Virus record (IMG/VR): IMGVR_UViG_3300042309_002674
Span: 1-57,279 of that record
Length of the DNA stretch: 57,279 nt
Source of the DNA: a virus
Taxonomy: Duplodnaviria; Caudoviricetes
Reading direction: 5' to 3' (one strand)
Shown here: positions 1 through 9,010 of the stretch, in pieces
How the letters are laid out: every line of letters starts with the position of its first letter
Numbering within the stretch: the first letter of the stretch is position 1
The notes under the pieces: model-generated
What the model was told of the DNA's origin: nothing
The model's database searches: none
What the model saw: only the letters and a program-made list of their open reading frames with translations
Translations under genes and position numbers: made by a program

Positions 1-2
1 GT

Positions 3-257
3 CAAAAATTCACCCGCAAGCTCAAGCGAAAAATAAAAACGTGGCGTTCTTCGGCTGAAAGAGTGTTGCGCCGGGTTGCCCATCATGGTCGAGATTTAGG
101 ATGTAGCAGTGTTGTGTTTGGTCATACGCATATGCCAGAACACAAAGTGATTGATGGTATAGAATGCGTCAACTTGGGCTCACAGTGTGATTTACCGGTT
201 AGCTATGCCATAATAGATAGTAATGGCAAAATAAAATTAAAATTTTTGGATAAATAA
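3..257 (+). CDS. Metallophosphoesterase, LpxH/YbbF (UDP-2,3-diacylglucosamine hydrolase)-like, 5'-truncated
   Basis: The frame is open from position 3 (QKFTRKLKRKIKTW...). It has the C-terminal calcineurin-like phosphoesterase signature VVFGHTHMP followed by the VNLGS motif. The N-terminus lies outside the window. Confidence 0.7.
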   Translation, partial: QKFTRKLKRKIKTWRSSAERVLRRVAHHGRDLGCSSVVFGHTHMPEHKVIDGIECVNLGSQCDLPVSYAIIDSNGKIKLKFLDK

Positions 258-1691
258 TCAGCCCCTTGCAACTGATTGCCTAAAATTAATTACCAGACCA
301 TAATTTCTGTCTTTTACAACAGATCTTTTATTTGTATAAGTTTCATCTGTGAATTGCCAGTACCACGCCATATTCGATAGTGCTGTCCATGATCCCCAAT
401 TCGAGCTAGTTCCAAATGACGGAATTCCGATAACGCTTTTTGAAAGAAGAATGGTATCTGTGCTCATTGTTGAAACTGGAAATATAAACATTCCTGCAAT
501 TGGCCCATCAGAGCTTGGATTATTAGCTGGATACAAAATTGTAGCTTCTCTAGACACCACCCCATTGACAGGTGTTAATTCTGAAGTACCCAATGGGTTT
601 AAAGATCCACCAGCGGTGGCCGTGCTTACATACGGAAGATTATCATACCATGGAATCTGCCCACCTGGTCCTCCCAAATAAGTCAAAGTAAAATTCGAAC
701 CAACGGATGGGAAGTCAAAATTTTCGGATGGACTAGTTGAGCCTCTTAAAAAGAGCGCGCCAAGACCTCCGCCGCCAACTGCACTATTAGCTACATCTAT
801 AGCTCCACGGCCAATAAGTGACCATGGAATTTCTGGATGTGTTTCATTTGCAAATCTACTATTTATTCCGCCGCTGTAATTATCATCATAACGAAATCCT
901 GCACCGTCAAAAATACTAGACCATTGACCAATCAATCTCAATCTACCCCAAGCATCAAATCCATTATTTGATAGGCCAATAGGCACTGTGCCAGCAGTGG
1001 TTAGCGCTGGTATGGTAATTTTTATTGTATAATAAAGTCTTAAAAATTGAAACTCTGTTAGAGTTACAGCTTCTGGAAGAACAAATCTAGAAATAAGAGC
1101 AACGTTAGTGCTAAATGTACCCTGTGAACCCTTTGCCTGATCACCGCTTCCGATACCAGATGAAGAACTGGCAGATATTCCTATTTCACGAACGGTTTTT
1201 GTTTCGCTAGCAGCTAAAGCTGCAAAATCCCAAACCCGTGTCATAGTTCTCACACCATTACCAAAATCATTTGTCATTGGTGATGTATTTTCATCAATAT
1301 TTGCTGCTAAACGTTTAGTCCAATATATTTCATTATCCGTACCCCTTAAAAAGGTATTGTTGGTGCTAAATGGATCAGCCGCACTATCACCAAAATAGGC
1401 AGAATGGATAATTCCTTTGGAAGCAATTCCGTTAGTGGTTGGCGAATAACCGCCAATACTTCCAGCGCCATCACCCTGAAATGCGACTGGGCCAATACCC
1501 ATGCTTCCATAAGTTCCATTAAAAATGTTTAACCCCCTATCCTGAATTAGATTTTTTCTCCATTTGTCACCGAGTGGTTTTTTAACAGAACCATTTGGAC
1601 AAACTACTTCAATTTTCCATTCACCATTTATTCCAATACGATTTTCTATTTCACTTTCCGAATAAACGCGTTTTAATATATTTAAAGACAT
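258..1691 (-). CDS. Putative virion structural (tail/baseplate-associated) protein, paralog family A
   Basis: 477-aa ORF. Shares WKIEV...KNLIQDRGLN, RVWDF...EIGI, SRFVLP..VTL...FLRLYY and WYWQF motifs with ORFs 9011-11047 and 11047-12162. Confidence 0.55.
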   Translation of the reverse strand: MSLNILKRVYSESEIENRIGINGEWKIEVVCPNGSVKKPLGDKWRKNLIQDRGLNIFNGTYGSMGIGPVAFQGDGAGSIGGYSPTTNGIASKGIIHSAYFGDSAADPFSTNNTFLRGTDNEIYWTKRLAANIDENTSPMTNDFGNGVRTMTRVWDFAALAASETKTVREIGISASSSSGIGSGDQAKGSQGTFSTNVALISRFVLPEAVTLTEFQFLRLYYTIKITIPALTTAGTVPIGLSNNGFDAWGRLRLIGQWSSIFDGAGFRYDDNYSGGINSRFANETHPEIPWSLIGRGAIDVANSAVGGGGLGALFLRGSTSPSENFDFPSVGSNFTLTYLGGPGGQIPWYDNLPYVSTATAGGSLNPLGTSELTPVNGVVSREATILYPANNPSSDGPIAGMFIFPVSTMSTDTILLSKSVIGIPSFGTSSNWGSWTALSNMAWYWQFTDETYTNKRSVVKDRNYGLVINFRQSVARG

Positions 1692-1751
1692 AATGTTGTT
1701 TTCCTTATTATATATACATTTTTTATTTTGTAAATTTATTTTTAAATCATT

Positions 1752-4700
1752 TTAATTTATATAATTTTTAATGCCGCTCAAATAGTCAATAATTCTATTT
1801 TCATAATCTTTTAAGATATCCACGTTTATACCGATAGAATACATTGCAATTCGCGCATCGCTATAACCCTCTGGGGTGGCAGCGCCATCACCAGTAGGAT
1901 TATTTGCAAAAACATATATATTTGATGCTTGCGCGCCATTTTCTATATAAACAAATGCTGTTTCTGATACGTATGTGTTTCTAGCAACCCAAACACCAGT
2001 ATTAAATCTTGAGGTTATCATAAGTCCGGTTGTTGGGACAAAATTGCCATAATTTGCGATTCCGCTTGCTCTTGATTTTTGGAATAAAGTGTTACTACCG
2101 CTTGCATATATTGCGCTAGATCCAGTGATAGATTGTATACCAGCCCCAATATAATATTGATTGGCTGAAGTTCCAGTTCTCGTTATATAAACAGCCATAT
2201 GCTGCGACCCAGTAGTTTCTTGATTTAAATTATGTGCAGTGTCAATGTATTTTGAAGATCCGTCTCCCAAAAGACCACTCAATCTGCTATAATCGCCGCT
2301 CACAAAATTATAAGAAATTCCAGTTTTGCCATTATTTTTGAGTGGTATAAATATTCCAGAATGAGTTCTTGGTCCAGCCATTAAACATCCGTCTGTTATT
2401 TTATCCCAAACATTATCAGTTTTTAATCCAGATATTAGTTTATCAATCTCAATACGAACTCCACTTTCTAATTTTTGTCCTTCGTACGATTCTAATCTTA
2501 AAATATAATCTAGCGAAGCTGAATCAAAGCCAGAAAGTATTGCATCCTCACCGGTATTAGTGAAATATGTAAGTCCGATAATTTCAGGATTTGCGCCAGT
2601 TATTAAACTGTCTCCAGTTACAAATGTTCCGCTTTGAATTGCGTATGCGAATTTAAATCCAGACAAGTATGTAATTCCAGTTATCTCCGGTATCACGCCG
2701 GTAAAAATAAAATCACCACTATTAAATACTATATTATTACCACCATACTGTATAGCCAAAATTGTAGGAACGAAATGTAAAGGATCTCCAAACAATAGTG
2801 GAGATTTTCCTGTAGTGATTAATCCAGAAATAACCCCAAGTCCAGTGCTCTGATTATAAACCCCAGAAAAACCACTTCCGTTTGTAAAATTAAAATCAAT
2901 ATTAATTTCATTTAAGAATGGCGTTGTGAATTGGGCAAATCCTGAAAATCCAGAAAATATACCAGATTCTTCAAAGTAATACTTTGATCCTATAAATCCA
3001 GTTTGCATTCCGGTACCGGAAATGGCACCATTAATTCCGCTAAAGCCAGAACTTAAAACAAAAAATCCAGAAAACAATCCACCATTGGCAAATTCAGGCT
3101 CATCATTAAATCCTGTTAAATTTATATATTGAAAATTATTAACAGACCCTATAAATCCAGTAAAGATACCAATACCGTACTCGTTAGGAGTTAAAGTTTG
3201 AGGATCTATTATGGCGCCAGAAAATCCACTATAACCAACAAAAAAACCACTATACTCGTATCCGTAATTTGAATTTGCAATTTCTGTATTTTCAAATCCA
3301 TTAAAAGCCCCAGTAAAATTTATAATATTTTTTGATCCTATAAGACCGGTCATTGAACCTATTACTGTGTTTGCAAATGGACCAGGGCTAATTTCAACAA
3401 AGCCACTATTACCATCAAACGTTATGGGTATTGGGTCATTGTTTTCATCTAAAATCGGATCACCATCTTCATCCAATAATTGGGAGAAAAATCCCGTATA
3501 TTTAAAACCAATATTTTCATCAAATCCATAAAGCCCACTAAACCCAGAAAATTCTCCAGATCCTGTCGGGAAATATAATTCTATAATATCTTCAGTTTCT
3601 GCCGGATTGGAAAAATCATTTTGTATAAAAATTCCACTATATAAACCATCTATTGGATTATTTTTATAAAAACCTGAAAAGTAGTCGCCGCTTTTTATGC
3701 CAATTAAAAATCCAGTTACTCCAATTGCTTCTATATCTTTATTTGGTAAAAAATTATATTGCATATTTTCATAAAAATATCCGCTAGAGCCTGTTAAAGA
3801 ATTATTATCAAAGCCAGAAAATATACCATTATCAAAACGATAACCACTTATATACCCGATTATTGGTTCGGGTATTAATTTAATTTTTGGAAACTTATAA
3901 ACGTTATTATTGATAAAATAACCACTAGAATACAATTCGGAGAATTCATTAAATGGTAAAAATTTATTACTGCTACTTTGTATACCGCTAACATAGCCAA
4001 TTACTTTTTCTTGAAACACTCTTCGTTTTGGTGGAAAAAATTCTTGACCAGAAATATTTCCATTACTACTTATTAAATAAAATCCACTTGTCCCACTTTC
4101 ATTTTGCTCAGTAAATCTTGAAAAAGAAAAATTTCCAAAACTGTCCACTTGTCCTATTCCGCTCACAAATCCAACAACACCCCTATTATAATAACTGCCA
4201 AAAACTGGAGGGTATATGCTTTGAAGACCAACATTAAAGCCAACACTAACAACTTCGCCTCTTGGCTCTAAAATATCAGCCCTTTCTGGCGATCTAAGCT
4301 CACCAGTAACCGAGTTAACTAATGTATATGTCCATCTTCCGTAGTCTATATAGGATCCGCTATATATTGTTGCGGAAAATTTTAATATATCATCATAATC
4401 ACTATATGTTTTATACGAAACTGGCGTTGTATAATCATAATAATTTATTGATTTTATATATCCACTACAAGAAAAATTATCGCTAAATATATTTCCAACA
4501 GCAAAGTTTGTTTCTAAATTTTGCACAGGTCGCACTTTAATTCCAATCGCCTCTGCCATATTTTCAGCTATGTCTTTTGCTTTATGGGTGTAATCACCTT
4601 GCAATATTAAAACTCCTGCGCATAAATGATCTAATCCTTCTAAATCATAAATTGCTACGCTGTCATTTTTTACGCCAGCACCAATTACCATTCTTTGTGG

Positions 4701-5597
4701 AAATAAATTATTTATATAAATACCAGAAGTTTTGGTATCACGGGCTTGTATGGTATATTTTGGATCTGGAAATCTACCAGTTAAAATTCTGTAATCTTTT
4801 CCAAAAAATGATCTGATGGAATAGTTGTTTTTTTTATATACAGTATTTATACAAACAAATTTATTTTCATTGTTATCTATTTCATAGAATGAAACTGGTG
4901 GCGGTGTATAATTTGCTATGCCAGTACCAACTTCTCTTCCGGTATTTTGAGTAAAAACATTGTATTTTTCAGCTTGTGATGCTGAAAAATCTACTTGATA
5001 ACCCTTTTTATCACCCCCATATATTTCATCATATATATATGTGGTTCCAACGGTTCTGAAATCACTTGTAGAAAATTCAGGAGCAATTACTCCAAAATTA
5101 TCAACAGAATCATCAAACCAATAATATGGACAAGTCTGGCCCGGCCTATAAAGGCTTGTTTCATTTTTTGGCCTATTATGTTTTAAAAAATAAAAAACAG
5201 AAGTTTCATTTCTTCTAAATTGGAACTTATCATCAGTTCTAACTTTTCCAGAAAAGTCTATAAGACCGACTGTTTTGAATCTTCTCCTTCCAACTACCAA
5301 ATCAGACCCAAGATTTATTCCGCTTTCTGTCCATTGTGCAATTTCTGGAAAAAAAACTGGCGCTCCAGAAGCCATATCGCCAATCCCAAATGCATAATTT
5401 CCTTTTCCTATATTTTGCGCAGACCTAAGTGGATAAAATGCAAAAATATCATTACTGTCGCGTGTTATAGAAGATATATATTTAACAAAATTATTTAACC
5501 TACTTGAAGATTCTGTATTAAAATATGTATCTCCTGATCCTGTAACTCTTAATATAAAATCATTAAGAAGTGGATGCGTTATGTTTTCAATTAACAT
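1752..5597 (-). CDS. Large putative tail fibre/virion protein with central [ST]G-rich repeat region
   Basis: 1281 aa. The N- and C-terminal domains resemble family B (FYPL; LKTDNVWDKI...ARIAMYSIG). About 550 aa in the middle are FSGF/YTGF/ISG repeats. Confidence 0.6.
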   Translation of the reverse strand: MLIENITHPLLNDFILRVTGSGDTYFNTESSSRLNNFVKYISSITRDSNDIFAFYPLRSAQNIGKGNYAFGIGDMASGAPVFFPEIAQWTESGINLGSDLVVGRRRFKTVGLIDFSGKVRTDDKFQFRRNETSVFYFLKHNRPKNETSLYRPGQTCPYYWFDDSVDNFGVIAPEFSTSDFRTVGTTYIYDEIYGGDKKGYQVDFSASQAEKYNVFTQNTGREVGTGIANYTPPPVSFYEIDNNENKFVCINTVYKKNNYSIRSFFGKDYRILTGRFPDPKYTIQARDTKTSGIYINNLFPQRMVIGAGVKNDSVAIYDLEGLDHLCAGVLILQGDYTHKAKDIAENMAEAIGIKVRPVQNLETNFAVGNIFSDNFSCSGYIKSINYYDYTTPVSYKTYSDYDDILKFSATIYSGSYIDYGRWTYTLVNSVTGELRSPERADILEPRGEVVSVGFNVGLQSIYPPVFGSYYNRGVVGFVSGIGQVDSFGNFSFSRFTEQNESGTSGFYLISSNGNISGQEFFPPKRRVFQEKVIGYVSGIQSSSNKFLPFNEFSELYSSGYFINNNVYKFPKIKLIPEPIIGYISGYRFDNGIFSGFDNNSLTGSSGYFYENMQYNFLPNKDIEAIGVTGFLIGIKSGDYFSGFYKNNPIDGLYSGIFIQNDFSNPAETEDIIELYFPTGSGEFSGFSGLYGFDENIGFKYTGFFSQLLDEDGDPILDENNDPIPITFDGNSGFVEISPGPFANTVIGSMTGLIGSKNIINFTGAFNGFENTEIANSNYGYEYSGFFVGYSGFSGAIIDPQTLTPNEYGIGIFTGFIGSVNNFQYINLTGFNDEPEFANGGLFSGFFVLSSGFSGINGAISGTGMQTGFIGSKYYFEESGIFSGFSGFAQFTTPFLNEINIDFNFTNGSGFSGVYNQSTGLGVISGLITTGKSPLLFGDPLHFVPTILAIQYGGNNIVFNSGDFIFTGVIPEITGITYLSGFKFAYAIQSGTFVTGDSLITGANPEIIGLTYFTNTGEDAILSGFDSASLDYILRLESYEGQKLESGVRIEIDKLISGLKTDNVWDKITDGCLMAGPRTHSGIFIPLKNNGKTGISYNFVSGDYSRLSGLLGDGSSKYIDTAHNLNQETTGSQHMAVYITRTGTSANQYYIGAGIQSITGSSAIYASGSNTLFQKSRASGIANYGNFVPTTGLMITSRFNTGVWVARNTYVSETAFVYIENGAQASNIYVFANNPTGDGAATPEGYSDARIAMYSIGINVDILKDYENRIIDYLSGIKNYIN

Positions 5598-5608
5598 ATA
5601 CAGGTATT

Positions 5609-8134
5609 TTATTCGTAGTAACCAAAAAGTACGATATTAATATCAGATATGCCAGATAAAGGATTATATATATCTATACCTATTCTATTATTCCAAGGGG
5701 CATTGAAACCAATATTAAAAGACTCATTGTATAACTGCCCAGTTTTTAATCCAAACTTTGGACCTATTACTTTATTACCATTTTTATCCTTGTGATAAAA
5801 GTTTCCAGTAAATGATCCTGAATATGGAGTATTTCTATAACCTATAATCCCAGTCATTATTCCAGTTCCATATTCTTTTGTTACAAAATTTACATTTCTC
5901 CAACCCACGTATCCAGTTATAATTCCAGATCCTGAGTTTATAAATGTATCTCCAATAAAATTATTACCTATATATGGGTATGGTCCAAAACCTGTGTATA
6001 AAAACCCTAAGTTATTGTTAAATCCTGAAAATCCAGTAAACCCAGAAAACATACTTCCGGTTGGAAAAAAGCTTTTTTGATTTCCTGTTATAAAACCACT
6101 AGAGCCTGTAATTTGATTAAATTCGTAAAATTCACCAAATACGTTTTTAAATCCACTGATAAATCCAACAATATATTCTTTTACTACGCCAGTAAATCCA
6201 ATTCCGCTAAATCCACTTGTTGAAGGATAAAACCCGCTATAAGAATATCCATATTTTGTAAACGAAGGGTTATTGTCAAATTTGGGGAATTTATAATACT
6301 TAGGATCAAATGTTCCGCTTGGAAACATATAAGTATTATTATCTATAAAATATCCACTTATTCCCGAAGTATTTTCCGCAAGACCTGACATGATTTGAAA
6401 ATTGTATAAAGCATTTGCTCTCGAAAATCCTGTGATATCTTGCCTTCCGCTAACATTTCTTTTTCCTACACCACCAATCCATTGGCCCGTATAGCCAGCA
6501 CCATCAAAAATAAGGCCGGAAAAAAAGTCTTCATTGATGTCGAAATGCATACCAGTATACTCAAAGCCAAGTCCAATATCTATACCAGGTCTTCCAGAAA
6601 ATCCCGAAAATGGTATAAATATATTTGCTCCACCAATAATTCCAGTCATTATTCCGTCTGTATTATTTGTGGCACCATTTAATCCGGAAAATCCACTACC
6701 TAATGGAAATGAAAATCCGGTATAGTAAGATGAATAACCGCTACCGGTATAAATACCATACATTTTATCAAAGCCGGTATATCCCATTGTTGGAAAAAAT
6801 ATTTTAATATAATCTGATAGAGTATTTATAAAATAACCGCTAGAATTTCCTATTGAAAATTGGTTAGAACCATTCATGAATCCGCTCACAAAACCTATTA
6901 TAGGGTAATAAATAGGGCGATCTGCTGGGAAAAAATATTTTTCTCCATTAATAAAATATCCACTTGATCCAACCACGAAACCACTTAAATCTAGCCTGAA
7001 TATTCCAGTATCTATTCCTCTATATGGATCGTAATCATCATGATAAAATACCCCAGAGCCAGAAACTCCGGTCGTAATTCTCGATAATCTTACAAAGCCG
7101 CCATATTGATTTAAATATCCACTCAAAAATCCAGAAACTTTTTCTGGGAATGCTCCACTTCTCCACCCTATGTTTTGCAATATCTCTCCGGAACCAAAAT
7201 TTATATTGTTGTAGCCACTGTATATGCCCACAGAAAATATACCATTTGATGATATTTGAAATCCGGTATATTGAAATCCGGAAATAGAAGAAAAACCAGG
7301 CTGCCCAGAAAATCCAGAAAATATTGCTGTTGCTGGAAAATTGATTTTGTTATTATTTAAAATATAACCACTCCAGTTACTTATATCAATTTGATTTTCG
7401 CATGGATTACATGGTGTTTTTAGAATTGAAAGTGACTGTGCATAAATAGGCACAGGACTTACAAACCCACTTATATATCCGGTTACTTGTTCGGCAAACG
7501 TTAATTGACCAATTCCAGTATTACTGCAATAAACGCCGAAGCCGCTAAAAACAGAATCCCATTGGTTGTATTCTTCGTGTATATTTTCTGAAAAAATTGG
7601 TATATTTTTTGCGTAAAAGTTTATCTGTTTTGGCATCCGATCAAAATGTGCCGCTGCTGGAAAATACCCTAATAAGTGAACAGACAATGAGCGCATGTCT
7701 TCCGGAGCATTGTAAATATTTAAACCTATTATACTGTTTTTTTCAACCTTGTAATTGATTTCGGTGTGCTGTATTATTTGTTCTGGGGCCAATTCAAAAT
7801 TAGCAAATACAGTGGTATTAATTGATGAAGATGCTGGTCTTTGATAAAATCCTCCAAAAAAATTCTCTGTTCCTGTGGTGGGGTGACTGCACGTTACAAG
7901 AAGCCCCGTGGCCATAAAAAAATCATTTAAATATGTTTCATTTAAATATTGTCCCTCTTGTGGCCATTGCGAATAAAATGAAATCGGCGCATATCCTTTT
8001 ATGAAAAATCGATCTGATAATTGAATACCAGAACTATTTTTTATAAGATTATTGTTGATATATAGACTGCCATTTGAAGCAGTTAGCATATCACCATTGA
8101 GGTTAATATTTTCTATTGAAAAAACGCTTGCCAT
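5609..8134 (-). CDS. Putative virion structural protein, paralog family C, with ~560-aa [ST]G-rich insertion
   Basis: 841 aa. Two copies of a beta-rich domain (ISFY...G.FY...IG.NIY...L.V.L.GY) also found twice in 22885-24717. The second copy is interrupted by repeats. Confidence 0.6.
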   Translation of the reverse strand: MASVFSIENINLNGDMLTASNGSLYINNNLIKNSSGIQLSDRFFIKGYAPISFYSQWPQEGQYLNETYLNDFFMATGLLVTCSHPTTGTENFFGGFYQRPASSSINTTVFANFELAPEQIIQHTEINYKVEKNSIIGLNIYNAPEDMRSLSVHLLGYFPAAAHFDRMPKQINFYAKNIPIFSENIHEEYNQWDSVFSGFGVYCSNTGIGQLTFAEQVTGYISGFVSPVPIYAQSLSILKTPCNPCENQIDISNWSGYILNNNKINFPATAIFSGFSGQPGFSSISGFQYTGFQISSNGIFSVGIYSGYNNINFGSGEILQNIGWRSGAFPEKVSGFLSGYLNQYGGFVRLSRITTGVSGSGVFYHDDYDPYRGIDTGIFRLDLSGFVVGSSGYFINGEKYFFPADRPIYYPIIGFVSGFMNGSNQFSIGNSSGYFINTLSDYIKIFFPTMGYTGFDKMYGIYTGSGYSSYYTGFSFPLGSGFSGLNGATNNTDGIMTGIIGGANIFIPFSGFSGRPGIDIGLGFEYTGMHFDINEDFFSGLIFDGAGYTGQWIGGVGKRNVSGRQDITGFSRANALYNFQIMSGLAENTSGISGYFIDNNTYMFPSGTFDPKYYKFPKFDNNPSFTKYGYSYSGFYPSTSGFSGIGFTGVVKEYIVGFISGFKNVFGEFYEFNQITGSSGFITGNQKSFFPTGSMFSGFTGFSGFNNNLGFLYTGFGPYPYIGNNFIGDTFINSGSGIITGYVGWRNVNFVTKEYGTGIMTGIIGYRNTPYSGSFTGNFYHKDKNGNKVIGPKFGLKTGQLYNESFNIGFNAPWNNRIGIDIYNPLSGISDINIVLFGYYE

Positions 8135-8141
8135 GATTTTT

Positions 8142-8147
8142 ATTACA
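8142..8147 (-). promoter_or_regulatory. Putative late promoter motif TGTAAT
   Basis: TGTAAT lies 7 nt upstream of the ATG at 8134 and overlaps the stop codon of the upstream gene. The same motif recurs before many genes. Confidence 0.4.
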
Positions 8148-9009
8148 GTGCTGACCTTCCCATTGCCGCCTGAAATGTTTCCACTATTTTATTAAAGTTA
8201 TATATATCATTTTCTGTTAAACCATACCCAATGCTTGCAAAACTTAAATTTGCTCTTAAACAGTCATTATTAGCAGTGTTATCATAGCCATTTCCAAAAA
8301 TTGTCAGCGTTCTCTGGTTATATGTATGAATTTCAGTTGGGAGTAATGGAAATTGTGATCCAAAAATTGTTCCATTTAAATAGCATTTTGCATTTTTTAA
8401 AAGATTGCTAGAATTGTTTGCTATAATAAATCCTTTACCAGATAAACTATTATCAGCCATATTTTGATATGTCATGCCAAATCCGCCTTTGTCATTTAAG
8501 ATATTATAAACGTAACCTATTATTCCGCTATTTTTATTAAAATTAATCTCCATCGCACCAACATCTCTTATTGGCATTAATCTTTTTCTAGTATTAACAC
8601 CTATTAACCTACCAGAGCCTACCGTATTTGATATTTCAGTTCTCGTATATGCGCTCATATGTACATTTTTAAAATTTGAAAGCATTGTTAGCGGTATTCT
8701 TGTGTCCCCATATCCTCCACTTCCATTAGCACCAAAATTATTAAATGTTACAGATCCAGCCCAAGATATTTTATATTTTAGTGGATCTATTAAATTTAAA
8801 CTATTTTTTTCAAGATTTGATCCTCCAGCAAATGGGTAAACTGCTATAAATTTATTCCATAAATTATTTTCATACAAGGCGTTAACAAGTTCTGTTATGG
8901 CGCCTATTTGGTTAGTTGGTAAAGTTTCAACCCCTATTTGTTTTAAATACTGATTGGCTACAAGAATAAACTTGTGCTTTTCAGATGATCTCTGGTTTGG
9001 AAAAATCAT
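8143..9009 (-). CDS. Putative virion structural protein, paralog family B (helical N-terminus plus lectin-like beta domain)
   Basis: 288 aa. NNLWNKFIAVYPFAGG...SLNL, GYGDT, HMSAY and LSFASIGYGL...IVETFQ..GR match 12164-13363. Confidence 0.6.
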   Translation of the reverse strand: MIFPNQRSSEKHKFILVANQYLKQIGVETLPTNQIGAITELVNALYENNLWNKFIAVYPFAGGSNLEKNSLNLIDPLKYKISWAGSVTFNNFGANGSGGYGDTRIPLTMLSNFKNVHMSAYTRTEISNTVGSGRLIGVNTRKRLMPIRDVGAMEINFNKNSGIIGYVYNILNDKGGFGMTYQNMADNSLSGKGFIIANNSSNLLKNAKCYLNGTIFGSQFPLLPTEIHTYNQRTLTIFGNGYDNTANNDCLRANLSFASIGYGLTENDIYNFNKIVETFQAAMGRSAL

Positions 9010-9010
9010 A

